DNA from: Gemmatimonadota bacterium
Lineage (GTDB): Bacteria > Gemmatimonadota > Gemmatimonadetes > Gemmatimonadales > GWC2-71-9
Direction of reading: 5' to 3'
DNA: 64,000 nt
NCBI GenBank assembly: GCA_003221895.1
Contig: QHUJ01000111.1
Span: 2,836 to 66,835 of the forward strand
Below, piece after piece: positions 9,651 to 19,531 of this stretch (the first letter of the stretch is position 1; each line of letters begins with the position of its first letter). A program made the position numbers and the translations under genes. Below the pieces are notes generated by a model. It did no database searches. It had not been told where the DNA came from and saw only the letters and a program-made list of their open reading frames with translations.

Positions 9651-10382
9651 TTAGCGTCTGGGTATTCCGAGCAGGTACGTCCCTCGCAACGGCGACCATC
9701 CGCCGCGCATCTCGCCGATCTCCCACTCATAGCTGTCGAGCCCTCGCACCAGCTCGGCCAACTCCACGGAAGAATAAGCCCGCAGGCAAGACACGACACC
9801 GTCGAACGTTCCCATGAGCGGAAGCACGGGTGGCAGGTAGTTCCAGAACAGGCGCGACCAACGCCAGGGTCGAATGAACGGCGCAGCCAGCAGCGCACCC
9901 AGCCACGTGAATGCGACGACGGCCAGCTCCCACGGCGCCCGCCGGGCCGCTTCGAAGATCGCGATGCCCTGGCGCCGTTGCACCGCGTCGGCCAGAATCG
10001 CCCGCGCCTCCTCCGGCCGGAAGTGGTGGAAGGACGTGAACAGCGTTCGAAACCCATCGAGGCTCTCGGGCACCGCGCGCGCATCGACCGGCTCCGGGTG
10101 GAACGGGTAATCCGAAACGCCACTCGTGTGCGGATACAGATCGGTCAGCAGGACCGGTACGCCGACATGCCGCGCAAGCCGGCTCCACGGACCGCCCGCG
10201 CCCGAGCAGAGATCCACGATGCGGCGCGCGCCCGTGCGATGAACGGCGCGGCGGAGCAGCGGGCCGGCGGGATCGTAGGCATGGGTGAGATTCAGGGCGA
10301 ACGCCAGAAAATCGGTGAGCGCATCCCGCAACGACGGCGGGCATGCCGGCAAGTCATGGAGCTCGACGAGTTGCAGACGCAT
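9651..10382 (-). CDS. Class I SAM-dependent methyltransferase-like protein
   Basis: IVDLCSGAGGP motif I, LTDLYP, FTSFHHF. Confidence 0.8.
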   Translation of the reverse strand: MRLQLVELHDLPACPPSLRDALTDFLAFALNLTHAYDPAGPLLRRAVHRTGARRIVDLCSGAGGPWSRLARHVGVPVLLTDLYPHTSGVSDYPFHPEPVDARAVPESLDGFRTLFTSFHHFRPEEARAILADAVQRRQGIAIFEAARRAPWELAVVAFTWLGALLAAPFIRPWRWSRLFWNYLPPVLPLMGTFDGVVSCLRAYSSVELAELVRGLDSYEWEIGEMRGGWSPLRGTYLLGIPRR

Positions 10383-10434
10383 CCGTGCGAAATTTGCACG
10401 AAACGCGCGGTGGCGTGAGATTTCGCGCCCGGAT

Positions 10435-10761
10435 ATGGAAAACTTCGAGCTCCCGCGGCTGTTCGCCGAGCGCCCGGCCGGCCATAACTACTTCGAGCTG
10501 ATCCGGGTGCCCGCGATGTCGGCGGGGCTCTACGTGCTGCAGCCCGGCGAACCCGATCGCCAGGCGCCGCACAGGGAAGACGAGCTGTATTACGTCGTAG
10601 GAGGAAACGCGACCATCCGCGTGGGCGGCGAAGATCGCCCCGTCGCTTCAGGCTCAGTGGTGTTCGTACCCGCCGATCAGGAGCATCACTTCCATTCGAT
10701 TACCGCGGAGCTGCAGGTCCTCGTCGTCTTCGCTCCCGCCGAAACACCGACGTCGTCGTGA
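10435..10761 (+). CDS. Cupin_2 domain protein
   Basis: QAPHREDELYYV and VPADQEHHFH cupin motifs; GTGA overlap with next gene. Confidence 0.88.
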   Translation: MENFELPRLFAERPAGHNYFELIRVPAMSAGLYVLQPGEPDRQAPHREDELYYVVGGNATIRVGGEDRPVASGSVVFVPADQEHHFHSITAELQVLVVFAPAETPTSS

Positions 10762-11951
10762 GTCTCCGGACCACGCCGTTTCACGCGCGCACCGGGCCGC
10801 TGTCCGAAGGCCAGGCCTGGCGGCGCTGGGCAGGCTACGTCGTGGCCAGCTCGTACGAGCTGTCGCACGACCGCGAGTACCATGCGATCCGCAACTCCGC
10901 CGCGCTGTTCGACGTGTCGCCGCTCTACAAGTATCTCGTGACGGGCCGCGACGCCGCGCGCCTGCTCGATCACGTCGTGACCCGCAACGTGGGCAAGGCA
11001 AAGGTCGGCCAGGTGCTGTACACGCCGTGGTGTGATGCTGATGGAAAGCAAATCGACGACGGCACGATTTCGGTGCTGGATGAGCGCACCTTCCGCATGA
11101 CAGCGGCCGACCCGAACCTGCGCTGGCTGCATTTGAATTCGTCGGGGCTCGAAGTCGCGCTCGAAGATGTTTCCGAACGCACCGCGGCGCTGTCGCTGCA
11201 AGGGCCCAACTCGCGCGCGATCCTGCAGCTTGCGGCCGAGCGCGATCTCTCGGGACTCAAGTATTTCCGGCTGACCCCGGCAAAGATCCGTGGGATCCCC
11301 GTCACGATCTCCCGAACCGGCTACACAGGTGACCTCGGCTACGAAATCTGGGTGGAGGCGGCGCAGGCCGTGCCGCTGTGGGACGCTGTGTTCGAGACCG
11401 GCACGGCCTACGGCATCACGCCTGCCGGGATGCTCGCGCTCGATGTCGCCCGCATCGAGGCGGGGCTGCTCCTCATCGAGGTCGACTACTTCTCCTCGCG
11501 CCACGCATTCATCGAGGCGCAGAAATCGTCGCCACTCGAGCTCGGCCTCGGCTGGACCGTGGCGACGGATAAAGAGCGCTACAACGGGAAGGACGCGCTC
11601 GACGCCGAGCGGCTTCGCGGGCCCACGTGGCAATTCACGGGGCTCACCGTGGATTGGGATTCGCTGGAACAGCTCTACGCCCAAGTCGGATTGCCACCCC
11701 GCTTGCCGACCCAGGCCTGGCGCATGAGCGTGCCGATCTATGATCCCGGCGGCCGCCAGGTCGGCTACGCAACGAGCGGTGGCTGGTCGCCGCTGCTGAA
11801 GAAATACCTGGCGCTGGCGCATCTCGAGTCTTCGAGCGCTGCTCCGGGAACACAGCTGCGCATGGAAGTGACCGTGGAGCATCGCCGCAAGCAGGCGACC
11901 GCGCACGTCACGCCCCTGCCCTTCTTCAACCCCGAGCGAAAGCGCGCATAG
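10758..11951 (+). CDS. GcvT-family aminomethyltransferase / THF-dependent demethylase-like protein
   Basis: EYHAIRNSAALFDVS, DDGT, LQGP, SRTGYTGDLGYEI, ARIEAG. Confidence 0.9.
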   Translation: MSLRTTPFHARTGPLSEGQAWRRWAGYVVASSYELSHDREYHAIRNSAALFDVSPLYKYLVTGRDAARLLDHVVTRNVGKAKVGQVLYTPWCDADGKQIDDGTISVLDERTFRMTAADPNLRWLHLNSSGLEVALEDVSERTAALSLQGPNSRAILQLAAERDLSGLKYFRLTPAKIRGIPVTISRTGYTGDLGYEIWVEAAQAVPLWDAVFETGTAYGITPAGMLALDVARIEAGLLLIEVDYFSSRHAFIEAQKSSPLELGLGWTVATDKERYNGKDALDAERLRGPTWQFTGLTVDWDSLEQLYAQVGLPPRLPTQAWRMSVPIYDPGGRQVGYATSGGWSPLLKKYLALAHLESSSAAPGTQLRMEVTVEHRRKQATAHVTPLPFFNPERKRA

Positions 11952-13537
11952 TGCCCAAGCGCTATGACGTCATCGTGATTGGCGGCGGGCACAATGGGCT
12001 TGTGACCGCCGCATATCTCGCGCGCGCCGGCAAGAAGGTCCTCGTTTTGGAACGGCGGCCGCGAGTGGGCGGCGCGGCCGTGACGGAAGAAATCTTTCCC
12101 GGCTTCAAGTTCTCGATGTTCTCTTACGTCGTGAGCCTGCTGCGCCCCGAGATCATTCGCGATCTCGACTTGCCGCGGCATGGCCTGCACATCCTGCCGC
12201 TCGAGAGCACGGTCACGCCGATGGAGAACGGCGACTACCTCGCCGCGTGGGCCGATCATGACGACACGCGCCGCGAGCTGTACCGCCACTCGCCACGCGA
12301 CGCCGAGGCCTACGACGAATACGGCCACCTCATGCATTTCATGGCGCAGGCGGTGAAGCCGATCCTGGGCATGGTGCCGCCCGATCCCACGTCGTTCGCG
12401 CCCGGCGATCTCGCCGCGCTGTTCCGCCTGGGCAAGCATTTCCGGGGTCTCGGCGCCGAGCGGCTGCACGCGCTCGTCAAGTTGATGACGATGAGCTCCG
12501 CCGATTTCCTGGATGAGTGGTTCGAGACCGACGTGCTGAAAGCGACCAAGTCGGCCAGCGGCATCATCGGGACGTTCCTCGGCCCCCGCTCACCGGGTAC
12601 CGCCTACGTCCTCCTCCATCATTACATGGGCGAGCTGGACGGCGTGTTCCGCGCCTGGGGCTTCGCCAAGGGTGGCACCGGCGCGCTCAGTGAATCGATC
12701 GCCTCCGCCGCGCGCGCCTTCGGCGCCGAGATCCGTTGCGACGCCGGCGTGGCGAAAGTGTTGCTGCGCGGCCGGCGCGCTACGGGCGTGGTGCTGGAGA
12801 ACGGCGACGAGATTGCGGCATCGATCGTCGTGTCGAGTCTCGATCCGCGTCGCACGTTCCTGCAGCTGCTCGAACCGAGCCATCTCCCACCCGATTTCGT
12901 GGCGGACATCAAGCGCTTCAAGTTCCGCGGCTCATCGGGCAAGGTGAACCTCGCACTCGACGGGCTGCCGACGTTTACCTGCATGCCGGACGGCGCGGGC
13001 GGCAAGCTGCATCGCGGCGCGGTGTCGATCAGTCCAAGCCTCGACTACGTCGAGCGGGCGTACGACGACGCGAAATACGGTGAATTCTCGCGCCGGCCGT
13101 ACATGGACATCGTTTTCCCGTCGATGATCGATCCGGGAATGGCGCCGCCCGGCAAGCACGTCATGTCGATCTTCGTGCAGTATGCGCCGTACCACCTGAA
13201 CGGCGGCTGGACTGACGCCCAGCGGGAGGCGTTCGGCGATGCCGTCGTGAATACGGTCGAGAGCTTTGCTCCAGGGTTCAAGTCGAAGATTCTGCACCGC
13301 CAGGTGATTACTCCGGTCGATATCGAGCGAATCACGGGCCTCAGCGAAGGCAACATCTTCGCCGGTGAGTTGGCGCTGCAGCAGCTCTTTTTCCTGCGGC
13401 CGGCGCCGGGCTGGGCGAAGTTCGCCACGCCGATCCGCGGCTTTTATCAGTGTGGTTCCGGCACGCATCCCGGGGGCGGGATCATGGGTGCTTCGGGACG
13501 CCTCGCGGCGATGCGCATCCTCAAGGACGGCAAATGA
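11951..13537 (+). CDS. COG1233 phytoene-dehydrogenase-like (PYROXD2-like) FAD oxidoreductase
   Basis: IGGGHNGL dinucleotide motif, VGGAAVTEE, C-terminal CGSGTHPGGGIMG. Confidence 0.88.
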   Translation: MPKRYDVIVIGGGHNGLVTAAYLARAGKKVLVLERRPRVGGAAVTEEIFPGFKFSMFSYVVSLLRPEIIRDLDLPRHGLHILPLESTVTPMENGDYLAAWADHDDTRRELYRHSPRDAEAYDEYGHLMHFMAQAVKPILGMVPPDPTSFAPGDLAALFRLGKHFRGLGAERLHALVKLMTMSSADFLDEWFETDVLKATKSASGIIGTFLGPRSPGTAYVLLHHYMGELDGVFRAWGFAKGGTGALSESIASAARAFGAEIRCDAGVAKVLLRGRRATGVVLENGDEIAASIVVSSLDPRRTFLQLLEPSHLPPDFVADIKRFKFRGSSGKVNLALDGLPTFTCMPDGAGGKLHRGAVSISPSLDYVERAYDDAKYGEFSRRPYMDIVFPSMIDPGMAPPGKHVMSIFVQYAPYHLNGGWTDAQREAFGDAVVNTVESFAPGFKSKILHRQVITPVDIERITGLSEGNIFAGELALQQLFFLRPAPGWAKFATPIRGFYQCGSGTHPGGGIMGASGRLAAMRILKDGK

Positions 13538-14958
13538 GCCCGCCCCGTCAGTCGCGCTACGACGCGATCGTGATCGGCGCCGGTGCCAACGGCCTCGTGG
13601 CGGCGCACTACCTCGCGCGCGCGGGCAAACGGGTGCTCGTCGTCGAGCAGCGCGAATCGCTGGAGGCAGGACTCGACGTCGGCTGGGTGCCGGCACAGGT
13701 GGTGCGCGAGCTACAGCTGGATCAGCATGGCTTCCGTCTCGAGCAACCCGATCCCTGGGTATCCGTATCCCTGGACGGCGCCGGCGGCCTTCAGCTGTGG
13801 CGCGAGATGAGCAAGAGCGTAGAGGCCATTCGACGCATCAGTCCCGCCGACGCGGCACAGTGGCCGGAGTTCTGCGAGCGGATGCGGACGCTGGCGAGCG
13901 TGCTCGAGAAGCTGTACCTCGCCCCGCCGCCCGACATCGAAACGCGAAATCCGCGCGAGCTGGCCCGGATCGGAGGCCTGGGCCTCTTTGTGCGCCGCCT
14001 CGGCAAACAGGCCGTCATCGATCTCGCCCGGATCCTGCCCATGTCGATCGCGGATCTGCTCGATGAATGGTTCGAGAGCGACATCCTGAAGGGCGTGCTG
14101 GGTGCGGTCGGCGTCTGGCATCTGAAGCAGGGTCCGCGCTCGGGTGGCACCGCATTCAATTTCCTGCATCACCACGTCGGCTGCGCCCTGGGCGTGTTTC
14201 GGCCGCCTCAATCGAATCTGCGTGAAGCGCTGGCGGCAGCTGGGGGAGTGGGAGGCCGGAGTGGGCCCGAAATGATGTTCAACAATGAAGCGGCCCTGCG
14301 CCTCGCCAGCGACGGACGCGCCGCGGGCGTGACGTTATTGCAGCGCCGCGAGCAAATCGACGCGCCCCTCGTGGTCTCCAGCGAGTCGCCGCGGGCCGCG
14401 CTGTCCAGCCTGGGACTTCATCTCGACCCCGAATTCGTCCGGGCCCTCGACCACATCAAGTGTCGGGGAGTCGTTGCGCACGCCAGGCTCAGCGCCGAGT
14501 ACGCCGCTCGGGTCCGTAATCGGTGCGTCGCGCCTTCGCTCGAGTACCTGGAACGGGCCTACGACGACTCGAAATACGGCCGTGACTCGCACAGGCCCTA
14601 TGTCGAGACCGATGGGGCGGGCCGAGTCCATATTCAGTATGTGCCGTTCACCGATCAGCAGCGTGACGTCCAGAGCCTGCGCACGCTCGGGAGCAGCGTC
14701 GCCGACGCCCTCGGTGTCCCAGCCGGAGCGCTGACGATCGAGACACCGGACGACCTGGAGCGGGAATACAACCTGACCGAGGGGCACCTCTACCACGGCG
14801 AGCTTACGCTCGACCAAATTCTGTTCATGCGCCCCGTACCGGGCTGGAGTCGCTATCGTACACCGATCGAAGGGTTGTATTTGTGCGGCTCGGGCACGCA
14901 TCCGGGAGGCGGCATACCGGGAGCAGCCGGCCGCAATGCGGCGCGCGAGATCCTATGA
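13534..14958 (+). CDS. Second, more divergent COG1233 FAD oxidoreductase
   Basis: IGAGANGL, LDEWFE, YLERAYDD.KYG, CGSGTHPGGG shared with the upstream paralogue; ATGA overlap. Confidence 0.85.
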   Translation: MSPPRQSRYDAIVIGAGANGLVAAHYLARAGKRVLVVEQRESLEAGLDVGWVPAQVVRELQLDQHGFRLEQPDPWVSVSLDGAGGLQLWREMSKSVEAIRRISPADAAQWPEFCERMRTLASVLEKLYLAPPPDIETRNPRELARIGGLGLFVRRLGKQAVIDLARILPMSIADLLDEWFESDILKGVLGAVGVWHLKQGPRSGGTAFNFLHHHVGCALGVFRPPQSNLREALAAAGGVGGRSGPEMMFNNEAALRLASDGRAAGVTLLQRREQIDAPLVVSSESPRAALSSLGLHLDPEFVRALDHIKCRGVVAHARLSAEYAARVRNRCVAPSLEYLERAYDDSKYGRDSHRPYVETDGAGRVHIQYVPFTDQQRDVQSLRTLGSSVADALGVPAGALTIETPDDLEREYNLTEGHLYHGELTLDQILFMRPVPGWSRYRTPIEGLYLCGSGTHPGGGIPGAAGRNAAREIL

Positions 14959-16070
14959 CTTTCCTTAAGACTGTCGAGAGCTATCGCCAGGGTGCGCGCA
15001 CACTCCCGGGTCGCTACTACAGCTCACCCGAGGTGTTCGCGGAGGAACAGGAGCGGGTGTTCCGGCACCAGTGGATCTGCATCGGCCGCGAAGCATCGCT
15101 CGCCAGCGCGGGCGATTATTTCCTGGTCGACATCGGGGGCGACAGCATCATCGTGCTGCGCGATCAGTCGGGCCACGCCCGCGCGTACTACAACGTCTGC
15201 CGCCATCGCGGCACCCGTCTGTGTGAAGCCACGCACGGCCGTCTCTCGGAAACGATCCAATGCCCCTACCACGCGTGGACGTACGCGCTCGATGGGCGTC
15301 TGATCGGCGCGCCGCACATGAATGAAGTGGAAGGATTCGACAAGAAGTCGTACCCGCTGCACCGCGTGGCGCTCGCGGAGTGGGAAGGGTTTCTGTTCGT
15401 GAATCTCGATCCCGCGGCGGTACCGGCCGAGCAGTGGTTCGCGCCGCTGGTGGGACGATTCGTGAACTACAATCTCCCGGCCGTGCGCACCGTGCGCCGC
15501 ATCGAATACGACGTGCGCGCCAATTGGAAACTGATCCTGCAGAATTACAACGAGTGCCTGCACTGCCCGACGATCCACCCCGAGCTGACGACCAAACTGC
15601 CGTACACATCCGGCGCCAATGACTTGATCGACGGGCCGTTCCTCGGCGGCTACATGGAGATCAAGGCGCCCAACGAGAGCGCGACGATGTCCGGCCGTGC
15701 CTGCGCGCTGCCGCTCGGCACGTTGCCCCCCGCGGATCAGCGCCGTGCGTTCTACTACGCACTCTTTCCGACAATGATGCTGAGCCTGCATCCCGACTAC
15801 GCGGTGTTCTATACGGTCTGGCCGGTCTCAGCGGCGCAGTCGCGCGTAGTGTGCGAGTGGATGGTGCATCCCGACGCGCCCAAGGCGGCGGGCTACAACA
15901 TTCAGGACGCCGAGGAGTTTTGGGATCGGACCAACCGGCAGGACTGGCACATCTGCGAACAGAGCCAGCTGGGCGTCAGCTCGCGCGCCTACGTCCCCGG
16001 TCCCTATTCACCGCGGGAAAGCATTCCGGCCGCCTGGGATCGGATGTACCTGAGGGCGTTTGAAGGCTGA
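14955..16070 (+). CDS. Rieske non-heme iron oxygenase alpha subunit (choline monooxygenase/GbcA/Stc2-like)
   Basis: CRHRG...CPYHAW Rieske ligands; NWK..NYNECLHCPTIH and QDWHICE mononuclear Fe site. Confidence 0.9.
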   Translation: MTFLKTVESYRQGARTLPGRYYSSPEVFAEEQERVFRHQWICIGREASLASAGDYFLVDIGGDSIIVLRDQSGHARAYYNVCRHRGTRLCEATHGRLSETIQCPYHAWTYALDGRLIGAPHMNEVEGFDKKSYPLHRVALAEWEGFLFVNLDPAAVPAEQWFAPLVGRFVNYNLPAVRTVRRIEYDVRANWKLILQNYNECLHCPTIHPELTTKLPYTSGANDLIDGPFLGGYMEIKAPNESATMSGRACALPLGTLPPADQRRAFYYALFPTMMLSLHPDYAVFYTVWPVSAAQSRVVCEWMVHPDAPKAAGYNIQDAEEFWDRTNRQDWHICEQSQLGVSSRAYVPGPYSPRESIPAAWDRMYLRAFEG

Positions 16071-17316
16071 TCTCGAAGCAGTGCTGAAGGAAGTCGCGGA
16101 GCGCCTGAAAGACAACTATCCATACGGCGATCCGCTGTACGCCGGTCAGATGCTCAAACCGCCACACCCCGTCGCGCGCCTCGCCTACGAAATGGCCCTG
16201 CAGATCAATCCCAACAACCACGCGCTCGACGGCGGTCGGGCCAGTTCCGCGATGGAGAAGGAAGCCGTCGCAGCGCTCGCGCGCATGGTCGGCTGGGAAA
16301 CGCACCTGGGCCACCTGTGCGGCGGTGGGACGATGGCGAACCTCGAAGCGCTCTGGATAGCCGGCCAGCTCCATCCCGGCAAGACGATTCTCGCGTCCAC
16401 CCAGGCGCACTACACACATCAGCGCATCGCCGGTGTGCTGGGCCTGCCGTTCGAGACCGTTCCGGTCGATCGCCGGGGCCGAATGGATGAGCACGCGCTG
16501 GACCGACGCCTGGCGGCGGGCGGCGTAGGCACCGTCGTCGCGACCATCGGCACGACGGCGACAGGTGCCGTGGACCCTCTCGCTGCGATTGTCGAGCTCC
16601 GGAAGCGCTACGACTTCCGCGTGCACGCCGACGCGGCGTACGGCGGCTATTTCCTGCTTACCGACAATCTCGAACAGGAGACACGGGGCGCCTTCGACCA
16701 CCTGGCGGACGCGGCGTCCGTCGTGATCGATCCGCACAAGCATGGGTTGCAACCGTACGGATGCGGCTGCGTGCTGTTCAAGGATCCATCGGTGGGCCGG
16801 CTGTACCGCCACGATTCGCCCTACACCTACTACACGTCCACCGATCTCCATCTCGGCGAGATCGCGCTCGAGTGCTCACGACCCGGCGCAGCCGCGGTCG
16901 CGCTGTGGGCGACACAGCGGCTGTTTCCGCTGGTCCGTGGCGGCGACTTTGCACAAGGACTGGCGAGCGGGCGCGCTGCAGCGCTGGCACTGTACGAGCG
17001 GCTGCGTGAGGATCGCCGGTTTGTCACCGCGGCGCCTCCGGAGCTGGACATTCTCGTCTGGGCTCCGCGAGCGGTGAGCGTTACGGAAGCGTCGAATTTG
17101 TCGCGTCGGGTTTTTGCCGAGGCCGCCCAACGCCAGCTCCACCTCGCCCTCGTGTCACTGCCGCTGCAGTTGATCGACGTGCAGGACATGCAGCGCGATC
17201 GCGACGCGATCATTTGTCTGCGCTCGGTCCTGATGAAGCCGGAACACCGCGAGTGGGCAGACCGGATCTGGGCAATTTTAGACGAGGCGACCACCGCCGC
17301 CGGCGTGAGACGCTAG
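16060..17316 (+). CDS. Group II PLP-dependent amino-acid decarboxylase
   Basis: GGTMANLEAL, GTTATGAVD, HADAAYGG, DPHK (PLP lysine). Confidence 0.88.
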   Translation: MKADLEAVLKEVAERLKDNYPYGDPLYAGQMLKPPHPVARLAYEMALQINPNNHALDGGRASSAMEKEAVAALARMVGWETHLGHLCGGGTMANLEALWIAGQLHPGKTILASTQAHYTHQRIAGVLGLPFETVPVDRRGRMDEHALDRRLAAGGVGTVVATIGTTATGAVDPLAAIVELRKRYDFRVHADAAYGGYFLLTDNLEQETRGAFDHLADAASVVIDPHKHGLQPYGCGCVLFKDPSVGRLYRHDSPYTYYTSTDLHLGEIALECSRPGAAAVALWATQRLFPLVRGGDFAQGLASGRAAALALYERLREDRRFVTAAPPELDILVWAPRAVSVTEASNLSRRVFAEAAQRQLHLALVSLPLQLIDVQDMQRDRDAIICLRSVLMKPEHREWADRIWAILDEATTAAGVRR

Positions 17317-19475
17317 TCGACGAATCCGGTCGAGAGCCGCACCATCAAATTGCGCCCGGGATCATCCGCGAATGCCTTATAGCGACTGAGGAAACTCCGA
17401 TACTGCTTGTCGAGCGCATTTCGCAACGTGACATCCACCCGCACCGATCGACCGCCCATCCGCACATCTGCCCCGCCCCAGAGATTCAGTAGTCCATAAC
17501 CCGCCGTAGCGAGGTCGAGCGGATTGAGCCGTTTGGGGGGGGGGGCGGCATGACTTTCGAACTCGACGCCGATTCGATCGCGCCAGCTCACCCCTGCAAC
17601 GCCGCTCAGCGGCGGCATGAGGGGAAGCGGCTCGTGCGATGACAGATTCGTCCCGCGAACCACCTCCGCACGGCCCCGCACGATCCAATCTCCCACTGCA
17701 GTCTCTGCCAGCGCCTCGCCACCGAGCAGCTCCGCCTCCGCCTGCGTGTACTGGTAAACGGGAAGCGAGTCGATGACGAGGGCCGTCGGAGTGACGTAGA
17801 TGAAATCGGAGAGGCGGTTGTGATACGCGGTCGCCTCGACCCGCGTTCGGCGGCCGTTCCACCGAATACCGAAATCGACGGCGCGATTCGATTCCGGCAC
17901 GAGCGTCGAGTCGCCCAGCTCGTAGCGTGCTTCCCCAATGTGGGGACCGTTGGCGAACAGCTCGAACAGTGTCGGCGCCCGCCACGCCCTCCCCACGTTC
18001 AGGGTCAACGCCCACCCTGGCGACGGAGCGAACACCAGTCCGGCGTTCCCGGACCACGCGCTCGACGACCTGTCCTGGGCAACGGTGCCGAGCGAATCAT
18101 TGCGGTCAACACTCAAGTGACGCGCGTCGATGCGCGCGCCTGCGAGCAGCGACCAGCGGCTGGCGGGTCCGCCCAACCTCCATTGCCCAAACCCAAACGT
18201 GGCGCCCGACACGGTGTTCGCATCGGGGACGATGGGCTGCCGACCGCTCGCGTCGTTGGTTTGGCCGACCGCGGTAGCCCCAAGGGTCACACCGCCATGA
18301 TGGGCGAGCAGATCAAGTGAGGCGGTGCGGAGCAGCAGGTTGAACGCTTCCGATTCCGTGCCGGTGGTGTCGTCGGCAAGCTCGATCAGTGAGTGGCGTT
18401 GCAGTTGGCCCTTCGCTTCGAGCCGCCAACTGCCGAGCGGACGTTGCCCCGTGATCTGAAAACGGTCGTCCCCCGACTTCCTCTCGGGTCCACCTGCTTC
18501 AGCCGGAGGGGCATTCGCTTCGAGCAGCTTGAATTCCCCGCCATAGTGCACCACGCGCATCGCGAGTGAGCTTCCCGAAGACCAGTGCCATCCTCCCGTG
18601 GCCTCGCCGTTGAAGGCACCGAAGCCGGTGTTGTCGAGCTCGCCCGCGGGGGTATGCAGATTCCCCGAGCCCCGGCCGATTGCCGCGACGCGCCAGCCGA
18701 ACAAGCCACTCGCGCCTTCGACTTGCGCGCCCGCACTCACCTCGGCGTTGTTGCTCGCGCCCGAGAGCGTAAAACCAGTACGCGTGACACCCCGACCGCC
18801 GGGTGCTTCGGGCAGGGGTTGTGGAATCACATTGAGGACACCACCCAACGCGTCGGATCCGTAGAGCACGCTCGCGGGCCCGCGAATCAGCTCGAGGCGC
18901 CGAATGAACGCCGTTTCCACCGACGGGCCGTCTTCGTCACTCCACGAGTAGTCCTCGAGCCGGCTGCCGTTGTCGAGCACGAGCACGCGCGGTCCGGCAA
19001 AGCCGCGGATGACCGGCTTCCCGATCTGCGCCCCAGTCGTCATCGCCGCGACGCCCGGAAGCACGTCCGCCACGTGAGCCAGCGATACGCCCTGCGCGCG
19101 CCGCAGCTCATCGCCGGCGAGCGCCGTAGCGGGCAGTGACGAGCCCTCGGTCGCCAGTGGCTGCCGGGTCGCAGTCACCGTGATCGGCTCCAGGCGAAAC
19201 GGACTCAGCGTTAGCGCGATCTCGAGCGGCCCCTCCGCTGCACCAACCGAGATCGCCCGGACCACCGGCGCATATCCGTGCGCGCGGACGGCGACGGTAT
19301 AACGGCCGGGAGGGATCGCGAGCCGGAAGGTGCCATCGGACGCCGTCGTCACGGTTCTGCCGAGCTCCGTGACCTCGACGATGGCGGCTGCGATGGGATG
19401 GCCGGCCGTGTCAACGACCCGGCCCGTCACGCTGTCCGCCGGCGGAATCAGGATGGAAAAAACGAGGGCAAGCAT
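17313..19475 (-). CDS. TonB-dependent receptor with N-terminal carboxypeptidase-regulatory-like domain
   Basis: ITVTA TonB-box-like segment, KPVIRG, ELIRGPASVLYGSDALGGV plug, RAPT..EL, PGRN near C-terminus. Confidence 0.92.
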   Translation of the reverse strand: MLALVFSILIPPADSVTGRVVDTAGHPIAAAIVEVTELGRTVTTASDGTFRLAIPPGRYTVAVRAHGYAPVVRAISVGAAEGPLEIALTLSPFRLEPITVTATRQPLATEGSSLPATALAGDELRRAQGVSLAHVADVLPGVAAMTTGAQIGKPVIRGFAGPRVLVLDNGSRLEDYSWSDEDGPSVETAFIRRLELIRGPASVLYGSDALGGVLNVIPQPLPEAPGGRGVTRTGFTLSGASNNAEVSAGAQVEGASGLFGWRVAAIGRGSGNLHTPAGELDNTGFGAFNGEATGGWHWSSGSSLAMRVVHYGGEFKLLEANAPPAEAGGPERKSGDDRFQITGQRPLGSWRLEAKGQLQRHSLIELADDTTGTESEAFNLLLRTASLDLLAHHGGVTLGATAVGQTNDASGRQPIVPDANTVSGATFGFGQWRLGGPASRWSLLAGARIDARHLSVDRNDSLGTVAQDRSSSAWSGNAGLVFAPSPGWALTLNVGRAWRAPTLFELFANGPHIGEARYELGDSTLVPESNRAVDFGIRWNGRRTRVEATAYHNRLSDFIYVTPTALVIDSLPVYQYTQAEAELLGGEALAETAVGDWIVRGRAEVVRGTNLSSHEPLPLMPPLSGVAGVSWRDRIGVEFESHAAPPPKRLNPLDLATAGYGLLNLWGGADVRMGGRSVRVDVTLRNALDKQYRSFLSRYKAFADDPGRNLMVRLSTGFVD

Positions 19476-19531
19476 GGCCGTAATTGTAGGGGGCTGGCCG
19501 GATGTTCGTCCAGCGCGAGATTACCGTCCCA

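Noticed and set aside
11951-14958. Carotenoid biosynthesis genes
   Set aside because: No crtB/crtE/crtY nearby; the GcvT and Rieske context points to amine catabolism
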